Origin: Bacteroidota bacterium | GTDB lineage: Bacteria > Bacteroidota > Ignavibacteria > Ignavibacteriales > Ignavibacteriaceae | Assembly (NCBI GenBank): GCA_021815405.1 | Contig: JAKAGV010000007.1 | Span: forward strand, 181,888 to 245,887 | Length of the DNA: 64,000 nt | Direction of reading: 5' to 3' | Shown here: in pieces, positions 38,380 through 46,595 of the stretch | Position numbering within the stretch: the stretch's first letter is position 1 | Layout: each line of letters starts with the position of its first letter | Made by a program: the position numbers and the translations under genes | Notes under the pieces: generated by a model | Told to the model about the DNA's origin: nothing | The model's database searches: none | The model's input: only the letters and a program-made list of their open reading frames with translations

Positions 38380-39000
38380 ATGTTTGGAAAAATAAAACCC
38401 TTATATATTTATTTGGTCGCAATATTTTTAGGTATAGTAGGACTTTTCATCTTTAATAAAATTCATAATAAAACCTCTGCGGAGATGAATGCACCGCCTA
38501 TTGATGTAAACGGTCAAGCCGTTCCTAATGATGCAATTCATAAAGGATTGGTAAATCCAGTTGCACAAAAGCCGAACAAGAACAACGTAATGCCGAGCAT
38601 TATGCAGCATATGGAAACATTAAAGAAGGCGGTTATTGATCATCCGAGAGATACTTTAAAGTTAAGAGAATATGCCGACTTTCTTGCTGAAGCTCAAATG
38701 AATGATAAAGCTTTGAATTATTATCAGAAGATTCTTCGCATAAATCCCAGAAGAACCGACGTCATGACTTCAATGGTTTACATTTATTTTGCTGAAAAAA
38801 ATTTTAAAGAAGCCGAGAGATACTTGAATAAAATTTTATTTGTAAATAGAAACGACGTTAATGCTTTGTACAACCTTGGCGCAGTTTCGGCTAATGAGGG
38901 AAACAGAGTGAAAGCTAAACAGTTGTGGACAAAAATTGTTAAGGAGTTTCCAAACTCACCTCTTGCAAAAGAAGCAAGGGCTTCATTAAGCCAACTATAG
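38380..39000 (+). CDS. Membrane-anchored TPR-repeat protein (paralog 1)
   Basis: 206 aa with an N-terminal TM helix and TPR-like repeats (A..YY.KIL..NP....). Clear paralog of 39294..39899. Confidence 0.6.
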   Translation: MFGKIKPLYIYLVAIFLGIVGLFIFNKIHNKTSAEMNAPPIDVNGQAVPNDAIHKGLVNPVAQKPNKNNVMPSIMQHMETLKKAVIDHPRDTLKLREYADFLAEAQMNDKALNYYQKILRINPRRTDVMTSMVYIYFAEKNFKEAERYLNKILFVNRNDVNALYNLGAVSANEGNRVKAKQLWTKIVKEFPNSPLAKEARASLSQL

Positions 39001-39244
39001 ATTTTTTTTCTGTGCAAATTTGTTATAGTTAATAAACATCAAAATGATCGATTCTATTTACGTCATATCAAAATTCGAATAAACATTCGCTAACGGGTAA
39101 ATCTTAATCTCTTCTTATACTTCTTCTTTCCTATTGATGAGAAAAATACAATCATATTTTATCAATTCAGAAACGAAAACTTTTCTTATCAATTTATTTC
39201 AATCAAAAATCAAGATTTTTTCATCTTCATCAGTTCTTAAAAAA

Positions 39245-39261
39245 TTGGTATAGAAACTGCC
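39245..39261 (+). promoter_or_regulatory. Possible sigma-54 (-24/-12) promoter TTGGTATAGAAACTGCC
   Basis: GG at 39247-48 and GC at 39259-60 with the exact 10-nt spacing, 33 nt upstream of the 39294 ATG. Several consensus mismatches (TGGTAT vs TGGCAC, CTGC vs TTGC). Confidence 0.25.
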
Positions 39262-39293
39262 AATTACGGCAACTGAAATTTAGGAATCTGAAG

Positions 39294-39899
39294 ATGAAAA
39301 ACATTAAACCTATTTACATATACGGAATCGGTGTAATATTAAGTGCACTGGTATTTATTTTCCTTTCACAAAAAGATGAGACAAGCTATCCTGGTAAGAC
39401 AGGAAACATGACTAACGAGCAAATGCCGAATGATAATATCCATAAAGGATTAACAAATCCGTTGCAGCTTCCAAATAAAAATAATGTTGCTGAAGCTATT
39501 ATGCAGCGGATGCAAATGCTTAAGCAGGCTGCTGAATCTAATCCGAAAGACACTGCAAAACTTAAAGCCTATGCGGATTTTCTTTCAGCGGCGCATCAGC
39601 CTGACGAAGCATTGGTTTACTACAACAAAATATTAAGTATGTATCCAAGGCGGATCGATGTTCTTTTCTCGGTTGCTTATCTAAATTATACAAAAAGAAA
39701 TTTTACCGAAGCGGAAAAGATTCTGAAAAAAGTTATTTCTTATGATAGGAATAATCTTCAGGCATATTATAATTTAGGTGCAATTGCTGCAAGCGAAGGT
39801 AACAAGGAAAAAGCAAAAGAAATCTGGACAAAATTGATTAAAGATCATCCAACTGCACAGATTGCTGCTACAGCTAGAAAATCTTTAGGTGAGATTTAA
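39294..39899 (+). CDS. Membrane-anchored TPR-repeat protein (paralog 2)
   Basis: 201 aa. Shares PND.IHKGL.NP, NKNNV, YADFL, YYN.GA..A.EGN..KAK..WTK with paralog 1. Confidence 0.6.
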   Translation: MKNIKPIYIYGIGVILSALVFIFLSQKDETSYPGKTGNMTNEQMPNDNIHKGLTNPLQLPNKNNVAEAIMQRMQMLKQAAESNPKDTAKLKAYADFLSAAHQPDEALVYYNKILSMYPRRIDVLFSVAYLNYTKRNFTEAEKILKKVISYDRNNLQAYYNLGAIAASEGNKEKAKEIWTKLIKDHPTAQIAATARKSLGEI

Positions 39900-40813
39900 A
39901 CATCATTTTTATTTATATCGTGCTTGATGTTGATTAGGCTGGTTTGTTCCTCGCTTAAATCAGCTTCAAGCTGGATTGTAGGATGATCGATATTAAATTT
40001 TTCTTTTAGTTCTCTTTCAAGCTTGGCGATTATTAAATAGCCTTTGCTTAATAGCTGATCTTCCACAACCACATGTACCGAAAGCGCATACATCTTTGAT
40101 GACAGTGACCAGATATGGAGGTGATGAATTTCTTTTACTTCAGGAAATGAAGAAATATAATTTGAGACTTGATTCAAATCTATTTTCCTCGGTGTACCTT
40201 CACTTAAAATATTTACCGTCTCAAGAATTACATCCCAGCCGCTCTTAATGATGAATAATCCTATGACGATTGAAAATATTGGGTCAAGTATAACCCAATT
40301 GAAAAAGTAGATGAAGATTCCCGCAAGTATTACAAGCAATGAATTGAGTGCATCATAAAACATATGAAGGTAAGCAGATTTCATGTTAAGGTCTTCATGT
40401 GAATTTTTATGAAGCAGGTAAGATGATAAAGCGTTTGTGGCAAATCCGAGAGCGGCAACTATTATTATCCACGGTGCTTTTATATGTTCCGGTGTAATCA
40501 ATCGTTGAGCGGCTTCATAAATAATATAAACGCCGATAATTACCAGCGCGGATGAATTTATAAAAGCTACAATTATTTCAGCCCTGATATAACCGAAAGA
40601 TTTATCAGGTGTAGCTTTCCACTTAGACATTCTTACCGCGGCAAGGCTAAGAATAAGCGACAGTAAATCTCCGAAATTATGTAGTGCATCGGAAATAAGA
40701 GCAAGGCTGTTGCTTATTATACCAGCTATAAGTTCACCAGCCACGATCAAAGAATTTAACAGGATAGAAACAATTAAATTCCTTTGAGCTGTCGGTTTAT
40801 GCTGATGCGCCAT
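39896..40813 (-). CDS. Cation diffusion facilitator (CDF) family metal efflux transporter
   Basis: 305 aa with six TM helices, SDALHNFGD and HMFYDALNS metal-site motifs, and a C-terminal cytoplasmic domain. Confidence 0.85.
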   Translation of the reverse strand: MAHQHKPTAQRNLIVSILLNSLIVAGELIAGIISNSLALISDALHNFGDLLSLILSLAAVRMSKWKATPDKSFGYIRAEIIVAFINSSALVIIGVYIIYEAAQRLITPEHIKAPWIIIVAALGFATNALSSYLLHKNSHEDLNMKSAYLHMFYDALNSLLVILAGIFIYFFNWVILDPIFSIVIGLFIIKSGWDVILETVNILSEGTPRKIDLNQVSNYISSFPEVKEIHHLHIWSLSSKMYALSVHVVVEDQLLSKGYLIIAKLERELKEKFNIDHPTIQLEADLSEEQTSLINIKHDINKNDV

Positions 40814-40883
40814 GATTTACGCCTTGTTTTTCGCTTTTCAATTTTTCTTCTGGTGAAATAATTTTAATTTTGAAATTCAAATT

Positions 40884-42275
40884 ATGATTTTGTTTTATCA
40901 TCACGACAAATTTAAACTTATTTTCAGAAATATTATGTTCAGATTGGCTAGCTATGGATTGTTACTTGTTCTTATAGTAATATTGTTTCCCAATACAATT
41001 AAGGCTCAAAACAATTCAAATGTGGAAGTTAAAAAGACATTTTATCCGAATGGTGCGTTAAAGACTCAAGGCGATTATGTTAACGGTAAGCTGAATGGCG
41101 AGTATATAGAATATTATCCCGATGGTCATCTTTGGAAAGTATGGAATTTTTCAAACGGCAAGGAAGAAGGAAAATCAAACTGGTATTTTGAAAATGGTCT
41201 TTTAAGTATTGAATGGAATTACCACAATGGAGTGAAGCAGGGAATCTCTAAATGGTATTATGAAACAGGTGAACTCTGGGCGGTTCAAAATTATGTAAAT
41301 GGAAAACTCGAAGATACAACACATACTTATTATAAAACCGGTGAGCTTGAAGGTGATTGGGTTTATGTGAACGGCAAATTAAACGGAGTATGCAAAACTT
41401 ATTTCAAAAACGGCAAAGTGGAAGTACTTAGAACTTATGTAAACGGCTTGAGAGAAGGTCCGGCTATTGTTTACAATGATAATAATACTATGGCGCTACA
41501 GGCAAATTATAAGGATGATAAATTAGATGGTGAAGTGAAGATTTTTGATCTTGCCGGTGATCTGCGTGTAAAAGATTTTTATGTTAATGGCGAGTTGAAA
41601 AATAGAATTAAATATTCTTTACTTGGTAAACTGGAATCCGAAGAAAGAAACGATAGAAGCTATCACTCCGATGGTTCAATAAAGAATGAAATACATTACA
41701 AGAACGGCATAAAGAACGGACTAGTTAGAGATTATTACGAAGATGGTTTTCTGAAAGATGAGTGGAAATACCGGAATGATACTCTGCACGGGACTTCGAA
41801 TTCCTACTATGAAGGTGGTATTTTAAAATCTTCTATTGATTATATAAATGGCGTTCAACAAGGAATAACACGTACTTATTACCCTGATGGTACGCTTGAA
41901 TCAGAGACGAACTACGAGAACAATAAAAAAAACGGGATTGAAATTATTTATTATAAAAACCATAATCTAAAAGATTATTTTTACAATAGAAATAATCTTC
42001 CTAATGGCGATTATAAAACATTCTATGACGATGGCATGCTTGAATCCGAGGCGAAATATGAAAACGGAAAAATTAGAGGGACTAAAAAATATTATTACAA
42101 ATATGGGCAACTAAAGAAGATAGAACCATATTGGGACGGCAAAGTTGACGGATATGTGAAAACTTATTTTGTAGATGGGAAATTAAAGAAAGAAGAATAT
42201 TTTGTCTCAGGCAAAATGTTTACTAGTAAAGAATACAATGAGGATGGAAAGATAATTTCGACAGTCGGATATTAA
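40884..42275 (+). CDS. MORN-variant (YwqK-type) repeat protein, secreted
   Basis: At least 15 repeats of the Y..G.L......Y.NGK..G type. The likely true start is the ATG at 40935 (MFRLASYGLLLVLIVILF signal). Confidence 0.7.
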   Translation: MILFYHHDKFKLIFRNIMFRLASYGLLLVLIVILFPNTIKAQNNSNVEVKKTFYPNGALKTQGDYVNGKLNGEYIEYYPDGHLWKVWNFSNGKEEGKSNWYFENGLLSIEWNYHNGVKQGISKWYYETGELWAVQNYVNGKLEDTTHTYYKTGELEGDWVYVNGKLNGVCKTYFKNGKVEVLRTYVNGLREGPAIVYNDNNTMALQANYKDDKLDGEVKIFDLAGDLRVKDFYVNGELKNRIKYSLLGKLESEERNDRSYHSDGSIKNEIHYKNGIKNGLVRDYYEDGFLKDEWKYRNDTLHGTSNSYYEGGILKSSIDYINGVQQGITRTYYPDGTLESETNYENNKKNGIEIIYYKNHNLKDYFYNRNNLPNGDYKTFYDDGMLESEAKYENGKIRGTKKYYYKYGQLKKIEPYWDGKVDGYVKTYFVDGKLKKEEYFVSGKMFTSKEYNEDGKIISTVGY

Positions 42276-42316
42276 TCTAATAAATAAAAATTGCATATAA
42301 ATTTCTATTAAGTAAA

Positions 42317-43210
42317 ATGAAGAATAAAAAATTTGTAGTGGGATTGGTTCAGATGTCTATGGGGAAAAATCCTAATGATAATTTGAAAAAAGCGGTATCG
42401 TGGATAGACAAAGCCTCAAAAAAGCGTGCAGATGTAATTTGTCTGCCTGAGTTGTTCCGCTCGCAGTATTTCTGCCAGGTGGAAGATATAAAAAACTTTG
42501 AATTAGCTGAGACAATTCCAGGCGAGACTACAGAAGTAATAGGCAAGACAGCCAAGAAAAACGGAGTAGTTGTAATTGTTCCATTATTTGAAAAACGTGC
42601 TGCTGGTGTTTATCATAACAGTTCTGTTATAATTGATGACAAAGGGAAGATAACAGGACTTTATCGTAAGATGCACATTCCTGATGATCCAGCTTATTAT
42701 GAAAAATTTTATTTTACTCCAGGTGATCTTGGTTTTAAATCTTTTAAGACACGCTTTGGAAATATCGGGACACTTATCTGCTGGGATCAATGGTATCCGG
42801 AAGGCGCAAGAATTACGGCTTTGCAAGGTGCTGAAGTATTATTTTACCCGACTGCTATCGGCTGGCATCCTCATGAAAAAAAAGAACACGGTAAAGCCCA
42901 ATTTGAATCCTGGATGACGGTACAGAGAGGTCACGCAATCGCAAACGGAGTTTATGTAGCGGCTGTGAACCGTGTCGGCACAGAAAAACAAATTAAAGAT
43001 TCGGCAGGCATTCAGTTCTGGGGCTCATCTTTTATTGCTGATCCGCAAGGCGTAATATTAGCTCAGGCTTCGGTTGATAAAGAAGAAATTTTGCTTGCAG
43101 AAATAAACTCATCAAGAGTTGAATATATAAGACAGAATTGGCCGTTCTTACGTGACAGACGAGTTGATGCATACAGCGGTATAGAAGAAAGATTTTTAGA
43201 CGGGAAGTAA
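42317..43210 (+). CDS. aguB: N-carbamoylputrescine amidase (carbon-nitrogen hydrolase family)
   Basis: 297 aa with CLPELF, YRKMHIP and LICWDQWYPE (catalytic Cys). Adjacent to agmatine deiminase. Confidence 0.8.
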   Translation: MKNKKFVVGLVQMSMGKNPNDNLKKAVSWIDKASKKRADVICLPELFRSQYFCQVEDIKNFELAETIPGETTEVIGKTAKKNGVVVIVPLFEKRAAGVYHNSSVIIDDKGKITGLYRKMHIPDDPAYYEKFYFTPGDLGFKSFKTRFGNIGTLICWDQWYPEGARITALQGAEVLFYPTAIGWHPHEKKEHGKAQFESWMTVQRGHAIANGVYVAAVNRVGTEKQIKDSAGIQFWGSSFIADPQGVILAQASVDKEEILLAEINSSRVEYIRQNWPFLRDRRVDAYSGIEERFLDGK

Positions 43211-44281
43211 ATGGCAAAAGAATCTACTGCTTCAAACATTTCGACAAATAAAGATTTTCGTTTACCGGCAGAGTGGGAAAAGCATGAAGCCACATGGCTT
43301 GGCTGGGCGCATAATAAAGAAGATTGGCCCGGCAAGTTTACTCCGATTCCCTGGGTATATGCAGAAATAGTTAAGAATCTTTATCCCGGTGAGATTGTTC
43401 GCATTGTTTCTGAATCAAAAGAACACGTAAAAAAAATAAAAAGCGTTTTAGCTGCCGCTAATGTTGAATCTAAAAATGTTGAGTTCTTTATTCTTAAGAC
43501 TGACCGGGGATGGATGCGGGATTCTGGTCCTGCTTTTGTTAAGGAAGGTGAAGATACTATTCTTATAAATTTTAGATTTAACGGCTGGGCAAAATATTCT
43601 AATTATAAGAAGGATGAGAAGTTTCCGAAGTTTGTAGCAGATAAGCTTGGATTAAAAAGAATAAAAGCAGAACATAATGGAAGAGATGTCGTTCTCGAAG
43701 GCGGCTCAATTGATATCAACGGCTGCGGAACTTTAATTACAACTGAAGAATGTCTGCTTGATGAGAAAATTCAGACAAGGAACCTGGGATTTTCTAAAAA
43801 AGATTATGGAGAAGTTTTTAAGAAATATCTCGGCATTACAAATACGATCTGGCTAGGGAAGGGGATCGCCGGCGACGATACACACGGTCATGTTGATGAC
43901 CTTTGCAGGTTTGTAAACAAAAATACTGTTGTGCTTGTGCAGGAAAAAAAACAAGCAGATGAAAATTATAAACCATTGAAAGAGAATAAAGAACGCCTTC
44001 AGGATGTTATTCTTGAAGATGGTTCTTCAATCGAAGTGGTCGACTTTCCAATGCCAAAGCCAGTAATATTTAAAGGACAAAGACTTCCCGCAAGCTATGC
44101 AAATTTTTATATTTCAAATGCTGCCGTTCTTGTTCCAACTTTCAACGATGCCAATGACAGAATTGCTCTAGGCATCCTTTCAGAACTGATAACTGATAGA
44201 CCGGTAATAGGTATTCATGCTGTAGATTTAGTATGGGGGTTAGGAACTCTGCATTGTCTTACGCATGAACAGCCAGCTTGA
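43211..44281 (+). CDS. aguA: Agmatine deiminase
   Basis: 356 aa with LPAEWEKHEATWLGWAH, GHVDD and the C-terminal GTLHCLTHEQP. Confidence 0.85.
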   Translation: MAKESTASNISTNKDFRLPAEWEKHEATWLGWAHNKEDWPGKFTPIPWVYAEIVKNLYPGEIVRIVSESKEHVKKIKSVLAAANVESKNVEFFILKTDRGWMRDSGPAFVKEGEDTILINFRFNGWAKYSNYKKDEKFPKFVADKLGLKRIKAEHNGRDVVLEGGSIDINGCGTLITTEECLLDEKIQTRNLGFSKKDYGEVFKKYLGITNTIWLGKGIAGDDTHGHVDDLCRFVNKNTVVLVQEKKQADENYKPLKENKERLQDVILEDGSSIEVVDFPMPKPVIFKGQRLPASYANFYISNAAVLVPTFNDANDRIALGILSELITDRPVIGIHAVDLVWGLGTLHCLTHEQPA

Positions 44282-44282
44282 A

Positions 44283-44681
44283 TTATTTTTTCTTTGATAC
44301 CCATGCATCCACACTCCAAGGTCCGGAACCGTATGCAATTGTATATAAGAAGAAAAGAAAATAAAGCACTGCCAGTTCACCTCCGTTCTCAATCGGCCAT
44401 GTACCGCGCGGAAAGTGAACTGTCAAATAAGCATAGATCATTTCACATGCAGTAACAATTGCAGCATATCTTGCACGAATTCCCAACGCTATTGCTATTC
44501 CGCCTATGACTTCGATTATGCCAGCCAATAACATTTCGCTGCTTCCCATTGTACCGTGTCCGCCAAAAGCCCCGAATAACTTTTGCGCACCATGACTAAA
44601 AAATAGAAATCCGAAAAAAAATCTAATGATAGAAAATATTATATGAGATTGTTTGCTCAAGAACCGTTCGAATGTATTCAC
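44283..44681 (-). CDS. DoxX-family membrane protein
   Basis: 132 aa with 4 TM helices. RFFFGFLFFSHGAQKLFG is typical of DoxX. Confidence 0.75.
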   Translation of the reverse strand: MNTFERFLSKQSHIIFSIIRFFFGFLFFSHGAQKLFGAFGGHGTMGSSEMLLAGIIEVIGGIAIALGIRARYAAIVTACEMIYAYLTVHFPRGTWPIENGGELAVLYFLFFLYTIAYGSGPWSVDAWVSKKK

Positions 44682-44752
44682 TGTTATATCTCCGTAATAG
44701 TTTTTCTGATTGTAAAGCTAAAGATAAGAATAGGAATAGATTTGAAGAAGAC

Positions 44753-44782
44753 ATAAAAGCCGGCTTATGATGCAGCCGGCTT
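44753..44782 (-). terminator. Hairpin terminator after the 281-aa gene
   Basis: AAGCCGGCT - 8 nt - AGCCGGCTT. On the minus strand it is followed by TTTTAT. Confidence 0.55.
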
Positions 44783-44884
44783 AATAAATTAATTGTGATA
44801 TACCTAAAAAATCATTTTTCTTTTTTGTGCTAAGTAAATCAAAGAATATTTCGTCTCTTCAATTTTAGTAGCAACATGATAAGA

Positions 44885-45730
44885 TCATTGTTGAATCAGG
44901 GACTGAGTCGCTATAACTGACTGTGTAATCGGGATAACCATACTTTGAGCACCTGAAGTTGCCATAGTCATATTATTATCCATATTTGATTCTTGATAGA
45001 CAAGTAAACCGTCCTCAGCATCGAAATAAATTGTCCCGGTAGCCTTTCCGGTTCCATTAATATATAATTCCATTCCTTGCATATTTCCATTCCCAGATAA
45101 CTTAAGGTTTGAAGTGAATGGGATTTTTACGCAGCTATGACCAAGTTTATTTTCTTTACCAGCGATAGTATAGACATAATCTGTAGTATCAATTATAGCG
45201 CCGCCGAAGTTTTTTATAGTATCGATGACTGTACCGTTCCAGGAATCTCCGGTCTTTATTTCTTTTCCTGCAAGCCTTGCAAAAAAGCTGTTTACTACCT
45301 GTGAGATAGAAACAAATCTATTTTGAACAGAAACAGAATCTACCTCTTCAAAATTTTTAACTTCACCTAATGGTGTAATAGTTGCTTTTACTCTTTTGCC
45401 TAAGAGTGCTGAAACGTCTAGAGTAGTGTCTCTTCCCATCATTGAAGTTTTTACAACCGCTGAATCAAGTGAGAAGGTTAAATCAGCATCGCCGTTTGAG
45501 GCGACATCATTTACTAAGAAACGAACAACGTCATTTGAAATGTTGTCAAATTTCATTTCTCTTCCCATTACCTCCTGTGTCATGTTGGAAGTAGTTTCAT
45601 TCTTATAAAGATATGTTTTTCCTTTTGTGAACTTATAATTTAAGTTAAAGGATTCCTGTGCGAACAGACTGGAAGCAGATAGAAAAGCAACTGTAAATAC
45701 GGCAGCTAAAAAGTAAATATATTTTTTCAT
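44885..45730 (-). CDS. Secreted hypothetical protein
   Basis: 281 aa with signal peptide MKKYIYFLAAVFTVAFLSASSLFA/QE. AAGGAAGAAC RBS upstream. No family recognised. Confidence 0.45.
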   Translation of the reverse strand: MKKYIYFLAAVFTVAFLSASSLFAQESFNLNYKFTKGKTYLYKNETTSNMTQEVMGREMKFDNISNDVVRFLVNDVASNGDADLTFSLDSAVVKTSMMGRDTTLDVSALLGKRVKATITPLGEVKNFEEVDSVSVQNRFVSISQVVNSFFARLAGKEIKTGDSWNGTVIDTIKNFGGAIIDTTDYVYTIAGKENKLGHSCVKIPFTSNLKLSGNGNMQGMELYINGTGKATGTIYFDAEDGLLVYQESNMDNNMTMATSGAQSMVIPITQSVIATQSLIQQ

Positions 45731-46094
45731 GTTCTTCCTTTTAATTATTTATGTTATTTATTAATTGAAAAATAATTATAACCATTTCGACGGCTATATT
45801 AAGAATAATACTTTAACTTTCATGAGGCAGCCCCAAAACTATAATTATTGTATTATAAAGTTAGAGATAAATTTAGTTATATACCAGAAGAAAATGTAGA
45901 CAAGACTAAGTTCTCATTTTTTTGAATTCCTCTTCCTTATTATACTATTATGGAATGGTGCAGGCTGATTTATGTATCTCCAACTAAAGTTACCATCCTT
46001 GCAGATACTGCTTAGAAAACCGAAAATATTATAGAAGAATTATAAAAAGATAAAGCGTATTATGCTTGATTTTCTCCCTGAGATAAGATTTTTT

Positions 46095-46388
46095 TTTGAT
46101 GTTACACGTATATACTGCGAAGTTATAAGCTGCATTTACGAAGTTGTTATAACTAGCTTAGGACTTGATCGCAATCATTTAGGAGTTGGTCGCTGTTACT
46201 TCAGGGTTAGTCGCAGTCATTTCGGAGTTAGTCGAATGTGCTGCGGACTCATACATTTCAACTTCTCTGTTATGAAACTTAATTCCGGAGTTGATCGTAA
46301 AGATTTCGGAATCGTTAGGATGTGCTTCGGACTCATAAAAATCAATTTTTCTCGAGCAAAAAGCGATTTCGAAATTCAAGGGTTGAAT
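46095..46388. repeat. Degenerate tandem array, 21-bp period (about 14 units) with 84-bp higher-order structure
   Basis: The register holds from 46095. Example units: ttaggagttggtcgctgttac, ttcagggttagtcgcagtcat, ttcggagttagtcgaatgtgc, tgcggactcatacatttcaac ... tccggagttgatcgtaaagat, ttcggaatcgttaggatgtgc, ttcggactcataaaaatcaat. Units 46221-46304 resemble units 46305-46388 one-for-one. Confidence 0.7.
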
Positions 46389-46595
46389 TAGCATAAATAA
46401 ATAGGTACTTAACCTAGCCGCGCATTCATATTATTAAATACATTAAAAATATATTAAAGACCCCAATCTTATAATTATTATGTATCGCATCAAGGACTAG
46501 TTTTATTTTCTACAAATTTTTTTGATTCGAAACGGCTTCTTGCTTCCTTAAAATTTTTTCCATAAGTTTCTGTCAACAACTTCATAAGGGATAAA

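Noticed and set aside
39896-39899. Convergent TPR and CDF genes overlap by 4 nt, sharing a TTTAAA palindrome for both stop codons
   Set aside because: It is real but trivial, with no structural element or terminator to interpret.
46062-46394. The 109-aa plus-strand and 71-aa minus-strand ORFs over the 21-bp array, and the idea that the array is a CRISPR
   Set aside because: Both strands are open only because the 21-bp unit lacks stops. There is no RBS, and the composition is odd (Cys/Arg/Phe-rich, or degenerate heptads). It is not a CRISPR because units are contiguous with no spacers and no cas genes are nearby. Kept as a repeat finding rather than a CDS.
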